From Candidatus Obscuribacteraceae bacterium (lineage in GTDB: Bacteria; Cyanobacteriota; Vampirovibrionia; Obscuribacterales; Obscuribacteraceae): a stretch of DNA of 64,000 bases. Every line of letters starts with the position of its first letter. Position 1 is the stretch's first letter. The translations under genes were made by a program, and so were the position numbers. The notes beneath the pieces are model-generated. The model did not search any database. It saw only the letters and a program-made list of their open reading frames with translations, and was not told the origin of the DNA. Positions 39,384 to 49,498 of this stretch are shown piece after piece. The stretch covers positions 256,001-320,000 of the forward strand of contig JBGASG010000002.1 in NCBI GenBank assembly GCA_044229845.1, read 5' to 3'.

Positions 39384-40325
39384 ATGGCCGAACGGCTTCT
39401 GATTGGCGCCCACTGCAACGGCAGTTTGAAAAGCTCAGTAGACAAAGCGCTGGAAATCGGCGCGCAGTCGATGCAGATCTTCATCGGTTCACCACAAACG
39501 TGGGCAACACCGAAACCGGCTGTCGACGACTTCGTCCGTTTCAAGGACGGCGTCAAACAACACAAGCTCGGTCCCGTCTTCGTCCACGGCAACTACCTGG
39601 TCAACCTGGCTACGTCATCACCAGACTTTTTGAAGAAGTCACTGGAAAACATGTATGCCGCACTGCGTCTAGCGGATCGCTGCGGCGCCGAGGGCTTGAT
39701 TTTCCACCCCGGGTCGGCAGGCACCACGCCTTATAAGGATGCGGTGCGGCGAGTGGTGCAGGCTATCGAAGTGGTGCTCGACGACTACGACGGTAAATGC
39801 AAGCTGCTGCTCGAGGTCTGCGCCGGGCAGGGAGAAACCATCGGCGATCGCTTCGAAGAATTCGCCGATATACTTGCGCAGCTCAATAACGACAAGCGGC
39901 TCGGTGTCTGCTGGGACACGTGTCACTTGTTCAATGCAGGCTATGACGTGTCCAGCGAAGCTGGTTTAAAAAAAACCGTCGATCAATTCGAAAAAACGGT
40001 GGGCTTCCAGTGGTTGAAGGCGGTTCACGCCAACGATTCGAAAACTCCGTTCGCGGCCCGGCGCGACCGCCACGAAAACATCGGCGAAGGGCACATCGGG
40101 GCGGAGGGGTTCCAGCGCATGCTGCAGCATCCTAAGTTGCGGCATCTGCCCTGGATGCTGGAGGTGCCCGGCTTCGAAAAGAAGGGACCCGATCGCAAAA
40201 ACATCGATCTGCTGCACCGCCTCGCCAACACGCCGATCAAAAAGACAAGCAACTCGTCAGCAACGCAGAAGGCGACGACACCAAAAGCACGCAAGAACGT
40301 CCGTACTGCTACGAAGAACGAGTAG
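39384..40325 (+). CDS. nfo: Endonuclease IV (AP endonuclease)
   Basis: IGAH, HGNYLVNL, FHPG, DTCHLF..GYD, HANDSK, DRHENIGEG. Confidence 0.94.
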   Translation: MAERLLIGAHCNGSLKSSVDKALEIGAQSMQIFIGSPQTWATPKPAVDDFVRFKDGVKQHKLGPVFVHGNYLVNLATSSPDFLKKSLENMYAALRLADRCGAEGLIFHPGSAGTTPYKDAVRRVVQAIEVVLDDYDGKCKLLLEVCAGQGETIGDRFEEFADILAQLNNDKRLGVCWDTCHLFNAGYDVSSEAGLKKTVDQFEKTVGFQWLKAVHANDSKTPFAARRDRHENIGEGHIGAEGFQRMLQHPKLRHLPWMLEVPGFEKKGPDRKNIDLLHRLANTPIKKTSNSSATQKATTPKARKNVRTATKNE

Positions 40326-41045
40326 ACGACGTGTCGAAACCCGAACCACCCATCACACAACGCATTTTGAAACGCCTGAGCGCCAGCAAAGCCATCATCC
40401 TGGTGGCAACACTGTTGGCGGCATCAGCGTTCACATTCATTGAAGTGGCGAGCGAAGTCAGCGAAGGCGAGACTCTGCACCTGGACAACACGATTTTGCA
40501 TGCACTGCGCAATCCAACCGATCCATCGATACCCATCGGTCCATCATGGCTCCTGCCCGGGGTTCAAGACATCAGCGCATTAGGCGGCGTGGCGGTGTTG
40601 ATCGCCTTGACTCTGGCAGTCTCAGGTTTTTGCTGGTTCGACAGAAAGAAGAAGTTGTTGCTGTTTTTCCTTGGTTCCGTCGGTGGTGGCACTATGGCAA
40701 TGGTGCTGCTCAAACACTTTTTCGCGCGACCGCGACCGAGCATCGTGCCGCACCTGGTGCCGGTGGCGATGGAGAGCTTTCCGAGCGGACATTCGATGAT
40801 CTCGGCAATATTCTATTTGACGCTGGGCGCACTGCTGGCGCAGGCGACCCAGGATCGAGTGCTAAAAATCTACTATTATGCCAGCGCCTGCCTGATCACA
40901 TTGCTGATCGGCATCAGCCGGGTATATCTGGGAGTTCACTATCCAACCGATGTCCTGGCGGGATGGTGCGCAGGCATTGCGTGGTCCGCGACTACTTACT
41001 TGATCTCCGAATGGCTGCAGCGCCGTGGAAAACTAGAGGAAGGCG

Positions 41046-42594
<1,549 letters not shown>

Positions 42595-42655
42595 TTAATC
42601 TGCCTTCGCAACGCCATCGCGAAGACTCCGTCACCAGTTCGAGCAACGAGTCCGA

Positions 42656-43486
42656 TTAGCAGGTGTACTTGCCCGACTCGTCGATCAACTCACCCTCGCC
42701 AAGATATCCAGGATGCGCCTCGGCCAGCGCCAGCGCTCGGCTATAGATCGATTTTGCCGGGTCCGTTTTGTTCTGACGAATCAGACACCGCGCATACTCG
42801 TGCGCGCATGCCGCCGCCTTAACTCCCGCGTTGTCCGCCGAGAGATCCTCTATCTTGTCGTACAGTGCCAGTGCCCGCGTGTACGCGGCTTCCGCGTCAG
42901 CTTCCCGCCCCTGTTCGACACAGCATCGAGCCAGGTCAAACAAAGCATTCGGAACGAAAGTGGGCGCGTGCGGCGACTTCTCAGTCTGATTGATCAACTT
43001 GGTCAGCACGCCCTCCGCCTCGCCGAACGCTTTCTTCTCCATCAAGCATTCAGACAACTTGCGGTTGGACTCGATCACCTTTAGATCATCAGGTTGAAAC
43101 TTCTCGTGCAACATCTTCAACGCATACTTGTGAAGACCTTCGGCTTCGGACAGCCGGCGCTGGCTGCGCAGCAAGCGCGCCAGTTCCTCCAGAGCCTCCG
43201 CTGACTGTTCCCACTCTTCTGAGTCTTCCCAGGTTCTGAACGCCTTGGTGTAGTGCTTTTCCGCCACAACGTTTTTGTTCTGTTTCTCACAAGCCTTCGC
43301 CGCTCCAAATGCGGCAATGGCGATGAAGTGATAGTTCTTAGTCTCCTCAGCCATTTCAAGGGCTCGCCCGTAACACTTCTCTGCATAGGCGTAGTCTTCT
43401 TCAGCAAACGCCTCATCAGCTTGCTGCACCCATTGATCGACTTTCTTGGTGCCAAGCACCTCGCTGACCCAGCCAAAAAGTCCCAT
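42656..43486 (-). CDS. TPR protein
   Basis: Successive TPR-like repeats; GGAGAAGGA RBS. Confidence 0.85.
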   Translation of the reverse strand: MGLFGWVSEVLGTKKVDQWVQQADEAFAEEDYAYAEKCYGRALEMAEETKNYHFIAIAAFGAAKACEKQNKNVVAEKHYTKAFRTWEDSEEWEQSAEALEELARLLRSQRRLSEAEGLHKYALKMLHEKFQPDDLKVIESNRKLSECLMEKKAFGEAEGVLTKLINQTEKSPHAPTFVPNALFDLARCCVEQGREADAEAAYTRALALYDKIEDLSADNAGVKAAACAHEYARCLIRQNKTDPAKSIYSRALALAEAHPGYLGEGELIDESGKYTC

Positions 43487-43583
43487 TGTTCCTTCTCCGC
43501 CCTGCTTCGTTATTTTCGATTTTTCCAACTTTCACATATTTTGCGCCATCCCGACGCCTCACGACAAGAGGTGACTCCGAAAT

Positions 43584-43728
43584 GCTCAAGCGATATCGCT
43601 TGAGCGTTTCTAAGAATCGAGAGCTAAAGCGATATCACTTCAGCGTCGCCAAAAATCCAGAGGCAAAGTGATATCAGTTCGGTTTGGACAAGAAACGAGA
43701 AGCTCAAGCGATATCGCTTGAGCTTCTC
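43584..43728. repeat. GATATC-core palindromic repeat, 4-copy array (39-40 bp period)
   Basis: Cores at 43592, 43631, 43670 and 43710; the last copy lies in a perfect 32-bp palindrome (43697-43728). Confidence 0.9.
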
Positions 43729-43749
43729 AAGTGAAGGTGAGGCGACCGC

Positions 43750-44700
43750 CTATTGGGCCTTGACGTGCTCGTCGATCCAGCCGAGGGTATCGTTCATTAC
43801 CTTGTCATCGACCTGCACGTCTTCGAAGACGTAGTGATCACCGTTGGAAACCATCATCAGCTTCTTGTCTTTGGTTTTCAATTTTTCGGCGATGCTTTCG
43901 GCGCTCGAGGGCTTGGTCATTTTGTCTTGTTCGCCCTGGACAATCAGTACCGGCTGGGTCTTGATTTTGCGCGCCATGCCCTTGGTTTTGTACATCAGGA
44001 ACTGACAGTCCATCAGCTCTTTCGGCGTCAGATCGAGCCGCACCAGCGGGTCTTTTTCATATGCTTCGCGGAGGGAAGGCTTGGGAGTACCCATCGCAAC
44101 CAGCTCTTTGCCGTAGTCGAAGCGCTTGTTCGGACCCTTGAACATGCGGTGGCAGACGGTCAGGTAGTTGGTGAGTGTTTTGAAGTGAGCACCACCAGGA
44201 GCAGAGGAAATGATGCCTTGCGTAAGCGTTGGAAATTCCTTGGCGGCGCGCAGCGCGGTCGCCCCGCCCATCGCTTCGCCCAGAAGAAATACGGGAGTGT
44301 TTGGATACTCCTTGTGCAGCCCTTCCAAGGCCGCTTTGACGTCGGAAAGAATGTCGTCGTGATCCATTTTTTGTTTCGGATCTTTTTGACGCCAGGCGCC
44401 GAAGCCGCGCAGATCCATGGAGTACACGGTGATGCCTTTCTTGGCTGAGCGCTCACCGAAGTTTTCGAAGGCGCCGGCATGCAACCCCAGCTCGTGCAGC
44501 GTTAGAACAACGGCTTTCGGAGTGCCGTCGGCTTTCCAGACCCAGAGCGGCGGTGCATTGGGAATCAAGTCTTCCTTGGTGGCGGTGCTTTCGCGGGCAT
44601 CGGCAACCAAGGTAGTTACCGGTCCGAGTGCCGTCAGAAAAACTGCCAATCCGACGGTCAGTGCCTTGAAGGTCAGCTTCGCCGCATTTAGTCTGGTCAT
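43750..44700 (-). CDS. Exported alpha/beta hydrolase-fold protein lacking the catalytic Ser
   Basis: DLRGFG, GEAMGG (Ser->Ala), QGEQD, GDH; paralogous to 27794-28798. Confidence 0.85.
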   Translation of the reverse strand: MTRLNAAKLTFKALTVGLAVFLTALGPVTTLVADARESTATKEDLIPNAPPLWVWKADGTPKAVVLTLHELGLHAGAFENFGERSAKKGITVYSMDLRGFGAWRQKDPKQKMDHDDILSDVKAALEGLHKEYPNTPVFLLGEAMGGATALRAAKEFPTLTQGIISSAPGGAHFKTLTNYLTVCHRMFKGPNKRFDYGKELVAMGTPKPSLREAYEKDPLVRLDLTPKELMDCQFLMYKTKGMARKIKTQPVLIVQGEQDKMTKPSSAESIAEKLKTKDKKLMMVSNGDHYVFEDVQVDDKVMNDTLGWIDEHVKAQ

Positions 44701-44740
44701 GCTATTTAACTCCAACTCCAGTGTGCGTGATTCAGTGCTA

Positions 44741-47518
44741 CTAGTTGCTCTTGGGGGTGGTCTTCACCGTATTTGGTGCGGCGCCCTTTTTAATCGACCG
44801 GGTCGTGTCGGAAACGGGAACCGCCGCTGATTTGGCGTCAATGTCAACTTGGATGCCGGGTCCGGGACTGCAGGGTTTCACTCCAAGAACCACTTCGGCG
44901 CCTTTCCACTTATTGGCGATGAAGACTGGGGTCTGAACTTGAGCGCGATCGCGCAGGACCTCTTCTTCAACTCTCGCCTTCATGTAGCTGTAGGCATCCT
45001 TGAGTGTGGTCTCAGTTCCTTTGAGCCGCAAACCGTCGATAAGTTTACGGGTAAACACGCCGTTAGGGTAGTTCTTGGACTCCCACGAGATTTGATCGGC
45101 TTCACTTGAGGCAACAATCAGCTGACCGGCGCCCACTTGCACGTTGTCGTTGATGATACCGGCACGGTGCATGCCTTTACCGCCCTCGCCGGCTGCAATT
45201 TCCACGCCTTTTCCGCCTTCGCCGCCGGTTCCACCGGCTGAGGCGCCAGAGCCACCGCCGCGACTGGCGACCGTATCGTCCATGGCGCCACCATGGCATA
45301 CGTCAGCGACCAGCACCACACGGTTGCAGTGAATGAGATCCTTTATCCCGGCGGTCAGGTACTTCATAGGAATGCCGGTAAGAATCAAATTGTTCATGGT
45401 CGCATCGTAGGGAACGACGAAGTTGGCGTTTCCGAGTTGCTCCACCGCGCTGCTGCCGTGGGTGGAGATGTAAACAACCACCAGGTCGTCGCAGGTCGCA
45501 ACTTTGCCCAGATACTTGTCACCTAAGTAGTTGGTGATGTTCTGGCGAGTGGCATCCTGATCCAGAAGCAGCTTGACATGATCGGGAGCGAAGTTTGCTT
45601 CGTTGATCAAATAATTCTTGAAGTCGGTGGCATCTTTGGCGGCAAACTTCAAATTGAGGTCGGTATCTTTGAAGTTGCTGATGCCAATCACTAGAGCCCA
45701 CTTGTCGTGGACAGAAGCATTGGATCCGGTGTCCGCAGCATCAGCGGGTGCCGCCGCCTGTGATGCGGATGAGCTGGGGCTGCGATAACCGGGCAGTTTA
45801 GACTTGATGCTGTCGGCGCGTTTCTGCAATGCGACTGCTTCTTCGGTCTTAGAAGAATCGTTCTGCGCCACCAACGCCTGAGACAGGCATTCGAGATCAC
45901 CGGCAATCGCGCCATCTTCATTGGCCAGTTCGTCGTTCTTCAGGAGCTTGCGATAGAGTTTCTCTGTCTGAGTCGGTTGCTGAGTAATTGAGTAGAGCTC
46001 AGCCAGTGTCCGCATCACTTCAACAGTGATCGGACCGGTTTCTCCCTGGGTGTCAATCAGCATCGGCAATGCTTCTTTCAGCAGGCTTTCGGCGGAGGCA
46101 TATTGCTGGCGAGAGATACGCACGCGTGCCAGGTGGAACATCTGAATGGCGATGCGCGCATCATGGCAGTCTGTACAGGAATCGGTGCGCAGCTTGCGAG
46201 CCTTCTCGAGAATCGCGTCAGCCTTCTCCAATTTGCCCCAGTCGTAGTTCAACAATCCATCGCTATTCAACGCAATGATCAGGTTGGGTGACTTGGTTCC
46301 TTCTCCCTCGACAATCAGCTGCAGTGCGTAAAGGTAAAGCTTCTCGGCTTTCTCGTACTTGCCCTGCAGCATGAAAACGCGCGCCAGCTCACTGGCATAC
46401 GGCGCCACCACCACCGGACTACCTTCGCACTTGACTGAGATTTCCAGAGCTTTTTCGGCGGCCCGCTCGGCAGCAACATACTGGTCGGCATCCGTGAGTG
46501 GCTTGGTCAGCTGACGGAGCAGCTCGGCGACCTTGAGATTGTCCTCGCCGAAAGCATCTTGCTGCGTTTGCACAGCGCCTTGCAGCAGTTTGATCGACTG
46601 CGGATAATCTCCCCGAGAAAGGTAGAGTTTCGAAAGCTCCGCTACCAGACTTGTATATTCGTCGCCCGGGCGCGGGTTTTTCTCAAGCGATGCTATACCC
46701 TTTTTCAGTAGCGCTTCGGCGTCAGACATCTTTCCTTGCGCGAGATAGAGCCGCGCCAGCAAAAGTTCACCATGGACGGTGGCTGGAGCATCGGGTCCCA
46801 ACTGCTCGTTCTCCGCCAGCGCCTGCTTAAGCAAAGGCTCCGCATCCAGAACTTTCTTTTGTTGAAGATAGAGCACCGCCAGCCATTCCAGCTGCGGAGC
46901 GGTAAACGGTTTGCCCTTGCCCGCCGACTTTTGCGCGAAAGCAAGAGCCTTTCTGTAAGTGGCTTCGGCTTCCGACTCCTTCCCGACGGCTTGATAGATG
47001 ATGCCCTGGGCATGCAGCGCCCGCAATAACTGCTCCGGAGAGTCGGACTTTTTCTCGAGAATAGCGACAGCACGATCAGCAGCGGACTGGGCGTCGGCAT
47101 ACTGCTCCATCGTTACCAAAACACTGGCATAGCCAGTCAAGTCGACACCCAGATCCGGACTGCCGGCACCCCGGACTTTTTCATCGATGGCAATAGCCTG
47201 TTTCCAGAGTTCCGCCGCCTCGGCGGTCTTGTTGCGATTGACTTTCACGTCGGCAAGCGTACGCAGCAAGTCTCGCCTGCGGGTGTCTTTCTCCGGGAAA
47301 TCGGCAGTTTCTTTGAGAGCAGACTGGAACTGGCGCTCAGCTTCCGAATACTTACCTCGGTCGAGAGCCGCGAAACCGGCATCATTGAGGCTCTTATACA
47401 ACACCGCGTCGGCAAAAGCCGGCTGCGACAGCAGCATAAAGGCGACCGAGAGTGTCGTCGCCAGTTTGGCAGACCTGTAAATAGTCGTTTTGGAAAGAAA
47501 CATGGGGTTTTTCAGCAC
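44741..47518 (-). CDS. Exported TPR-repeat caspase-family (peptidase C14) protein
   Basis: Signal peptide AFA-D; many TPRs; DKWALVIGIS, STHG, DVCHGG, GVFT. Confidence 0.92.
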   Translation of the reverse strand: MLKNPMFLSKTTIYRSAKLATTLSVAFMLLSQPAFADAVLYKSLNDAGFAALDRGKYSEAERQFQSALKETADFPEKDTRRRDLLRTLADVKVNRNKTAEAAELWKQAIAIDEKVRGAGSPDLGVDLTGYASVLVTMEQYADAQSAADRAVAILEKKSDSPEQLLRALHAQGIIYQAVGKESEAEATYRKALAFAQKSAGKGKPFTAPQLEWLAVLYLQQKKVLDAEPLLKQALAENEQLGPDAPATVHGELLLARLYLAQGKMSDAEALLKKGIASLEKNPRPGDEYTSLVAELSKLYLSRGDYPQSIKLLQGAVQTQQDAFGEDNLKVAELLRQLTKPLTDADQYVAAERAAEKALEISVKCEGSPVVVAPYASELARVFMLQGKYEKAEKLYLYALQLIVEGEGTKSPNLIIALNSDGLLNYDWGKLEKADAILEKARKLRTDSCTDCHDARIAIQMFHLARVRISRQQYASAESLLKEALPMLIDTQGETGPITVEVMRTLAELYSITQQPTQTEKLYRKLLKNDELANEDGAIAGDLECLSQALVAQNDSSKTEEAVALQKRADSIKSKLPGYRSPSSSASQAAAPADAADTGSNASVHDKWALVIGISNFKDTDLNLKFAAKDATDFKNYLINEANFAPDHVKLLLDQDATRQNITNYLGDKYLGKVATCDDLVVVYISTHGSSAVEQLGNANFVVPYDATMNNLILTGIPMKYLTAGIKDLIHCNRVVLVADVCHGGAMDDTVASRGGGSGASAGGTGGEGGKGVEIAAGEGGKGMHRAGIINDNVQVGAGQLIVASSEADQISWESKNYPNGVFTRKLIDGLRLKGTETTLKDAYSYMKARVEEEVLRDRAQVQTPVFIANKWKGAEVVLGVKPCSPGPGIQVDIDAKSAAVPVSDTTRSIKKGAAPNTVKTTPKSN

Positions 47519-47593
47519 TACTTCAGTTTATCCGGCAAGTACCCGTGTGGGCGAGGTATCCTATATTTTTGACAGGGAAAGGCGCAACTTTAG

Positions 47594-48331
47594 GTGTCTG
47601 TTGACAACGAATTAATATCCGCGGCGAGGGCAGCTCTGGGCGAACCCAACGGCGAGCTGGCGGAAAAGCTCTACGACGAGCTGATTGCGCTCATCGAGGC
47701 CAAGCACTCTGGCAACCAGCGCGAGGTAGCAGCCACACTGGGGGCGCTGGCAAAAGCTCTGGATGCGGAGGATTCGCCCGAGAAGTCGATGCAATTCAAA
47801 CAGCGCACGACGGAAATCATGCTCAAACGCAGCATGGCCGCCCGCATGGCTGAGCGCCAGCTGCCTAAAATGCAGAACCAGCCGACTCTACATTCGACGC
47901 CTCCGCCGCCTTTTGCCAAGTTGGAGTACCTGTACATAGGTTGCGCCGATTTCGAGCGTGACCTCAAGTATTACCGAGAGGTGCTCGGCGCGCAGCTCTT
48001 GTGGGCCTTCGACAAGTTCGACGCCAAGGTTGCCGCGCTGAAAGTGGCTTCAGGACCGCCGCTTCTTCTGGCAACCCACCGTCCGGCACCGTCCTGCCAG
48101 CCTATTTTTTCACTGCCCGTGGGCGGTTCTCTCGATGCGCTGATGAAGAATCTCAAGCAACGGGGCTGGCAAGTAGAAGGCGAGCCGATGGAAACGCCGA
48201 ATGGACCGACCGTGCTGTTCAAAGATCCCAGCGGCAACTTGTTTGCCGTACTGCAAAACGATCGACCGGATGCTATGGAAAAGTCCTATGCGGATGAAAA
48301 CAATCCCAATGCGATTCGCATGAAGGACTGA
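47594..48331 (+). CDS. VOC/glyoxalase-domain protein with N-terminal helical domain
   Basis: DFERDLKYYREVLG and ETPNGPTVLFKDPSGN. Confidence 0.82.
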   Translation: MSVDNELISAARAALGEPNGELAEKLYDELIALIEAKHSGNQREVAATLGALAKALDAEDSPEKSMQFKQRTTEIMLKRSMAARMAERQLPKMQNQPTLHSTPPPPFAKLEYLYIGCADFERDLKYYREVLGAQLLWAFDKFDAKVAALKVASGPPLLLATHRPAPSCQPIFSLPVGGSLDALMKNLKQRGWQVEGEPMETPNGPTVLFKDPSGNLFAVLQNDRPDAMEKSYADENNPNAIRMKD

Positions 48332-48353
48332 ACAGGACTGAACAGGACTGAAC
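48324..48353 (+). repeat. 10-bp tandem repeat (AGGACTGAAC)x3
   Basis: Three exact copies, the first containing the VOC gene stop codon. Confidence 0.85.
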
Positions 48354-48356
48354 AAG

Positions 48357-49403
48357 TCACTCGCGAATCGGAATCACGGATAGTCGCTTCAAATCGGTGA
48401 CCTGACCGACGCCGGCATCGATCAGTTGCTTCAACAGCTCGCCGCAGGAAGTTTCCTTAGCGAAGTCGCGCTCTTGCCTGGTGATGCGCGTAGCGATCAC
48501 CATCTGCATCAAGCCATTGGAGAGCTGCACCGTAGATGGTATCGACTCGGTTTGCGCCGGCATAAACAAAAAGTCGAAGAACGAGCCGTCGAAAAGCCGC
48601 AGATCCTGGACGGTGATGCCGCCATGCTCGACAATTTTTCCGAAGATGTCCCGGCAATCGTTGAGTTCATTCTCCGCCACCCAGGTGAGCACCGCCATCG
48701 AATCGGTATCGGCGGGATCGGCGAGAATCAGTCCCACCTCATATCCGTAGCCCGCCCAATGTGGTGGCACATATGCGGGAACGCGACGCGCCAGCCTCGT
48801 ATTGAACGACTTGTTGCCGTCCGGTTCGTCGACTCGCTCGAAATCGGCCACGTAGGCACTGCTGGGCATGTCCGGGTTGGACAGACCGCAAGTCACCTGC
48901 ACCCGCTTACCAGCCAGTTTGCAGTCTTGACTGAAATCGAACAATCCGCCGCCCGGCCAGTGCACTGTCATCAGCTTGTTGATATCTTGAGGAATGGCAC
49001 CGAAGTGGTCTGCGAAAAAGGTTTCCCGTTCTTCGTAGACGCGGTTCCAGATCACCTCGTCACGCTCGTCGCGCTCGGCTTCGATGTCGTCGGTGTCGAG
49101 GTACGCCGTCTTCATCGAGAACGACCAGCCCTCGCCTTCCTGAGCCATGGTAACGTTGATGCCTTCGGCACCGAGCGCGATAATGGCTTCCCAAGCCGCT
49201 TCGTGCAGCTCAGCTGTCGGCACGGTAATCACTTCGCCGGCACACGACTCGCTGGTGATGCTGTACGAATATCGTCCCGTGCACTGCTCAGGCACCTGTT
49301 CGACCCGGCAGTCTATAGACGTAAATCGTTCCGGCGTCGAGCTGATTAGAGCCGATGCCAGGTTGTTGATGCGCTCTTGTACTTCTTCTTCGGTGACGGT
49401 CAT
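48357..49403 (-). CDS. Suppressor-of-fused (SUFU) domain protein
   Basis: TCGLSNP, GYGYE, ITRQERDFAK...LLKQLIDAGVGQVTDLKR. Confidence 0.75.
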   Translation of the reverse strand: MTVTEEEVQERINNLASALISSTPERFTSIDCRVEQVPEQCTGRYSYSITSESCAGEVITVPTAELHEAAWEAIIALGAEGINVTMAQEGEGWSFSMKTAYLDTDDIEAERDERDEVIWNRVYEERETFFADHFGAIPQDINKLMTVHWPGGGLFDFSQDCKLAGKRVQVTCGLSNPDMPSSAYVADFERVDEPDGNKSFNTRLARRVPAYVPPHWAGYGYEVGLILADPADTDSMAVLTWVAENELNDCRDIFGKIVEHGGITVQDLRLFDGSFFDFLFMPAQTESIPSTVQLSNGLMQMVIATRITRQERDFAKETSCGELLKQLIDAGVGQVTDLKRLSVIPIRE

Positions 49404-49498
49404 GGTTCTCAAATTACCGCTGATTTGGAGGGGACGGTTCAAGCTCCATGTACCTCTATAATCTGTAGGCTTAAACCCCAGAGCAAAGGAATCCCTCC

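Noticed and set aside
43486..43671. ORF with 13-aa repeats (LKRYRLS/LKRYHFS); similarly 22179-22409
   Set aside because: These are translations of the palindromic DNA repeat; the conservation is in DNA symmetry and the next unit contains a stop codon
43584..43728. CRISPR array
   Set aside because: Repeats are only 22 bp and degenerate, linkers are 17-18 nt and similar to each other, no cas genes are present, and the same unit is dispersed through the window
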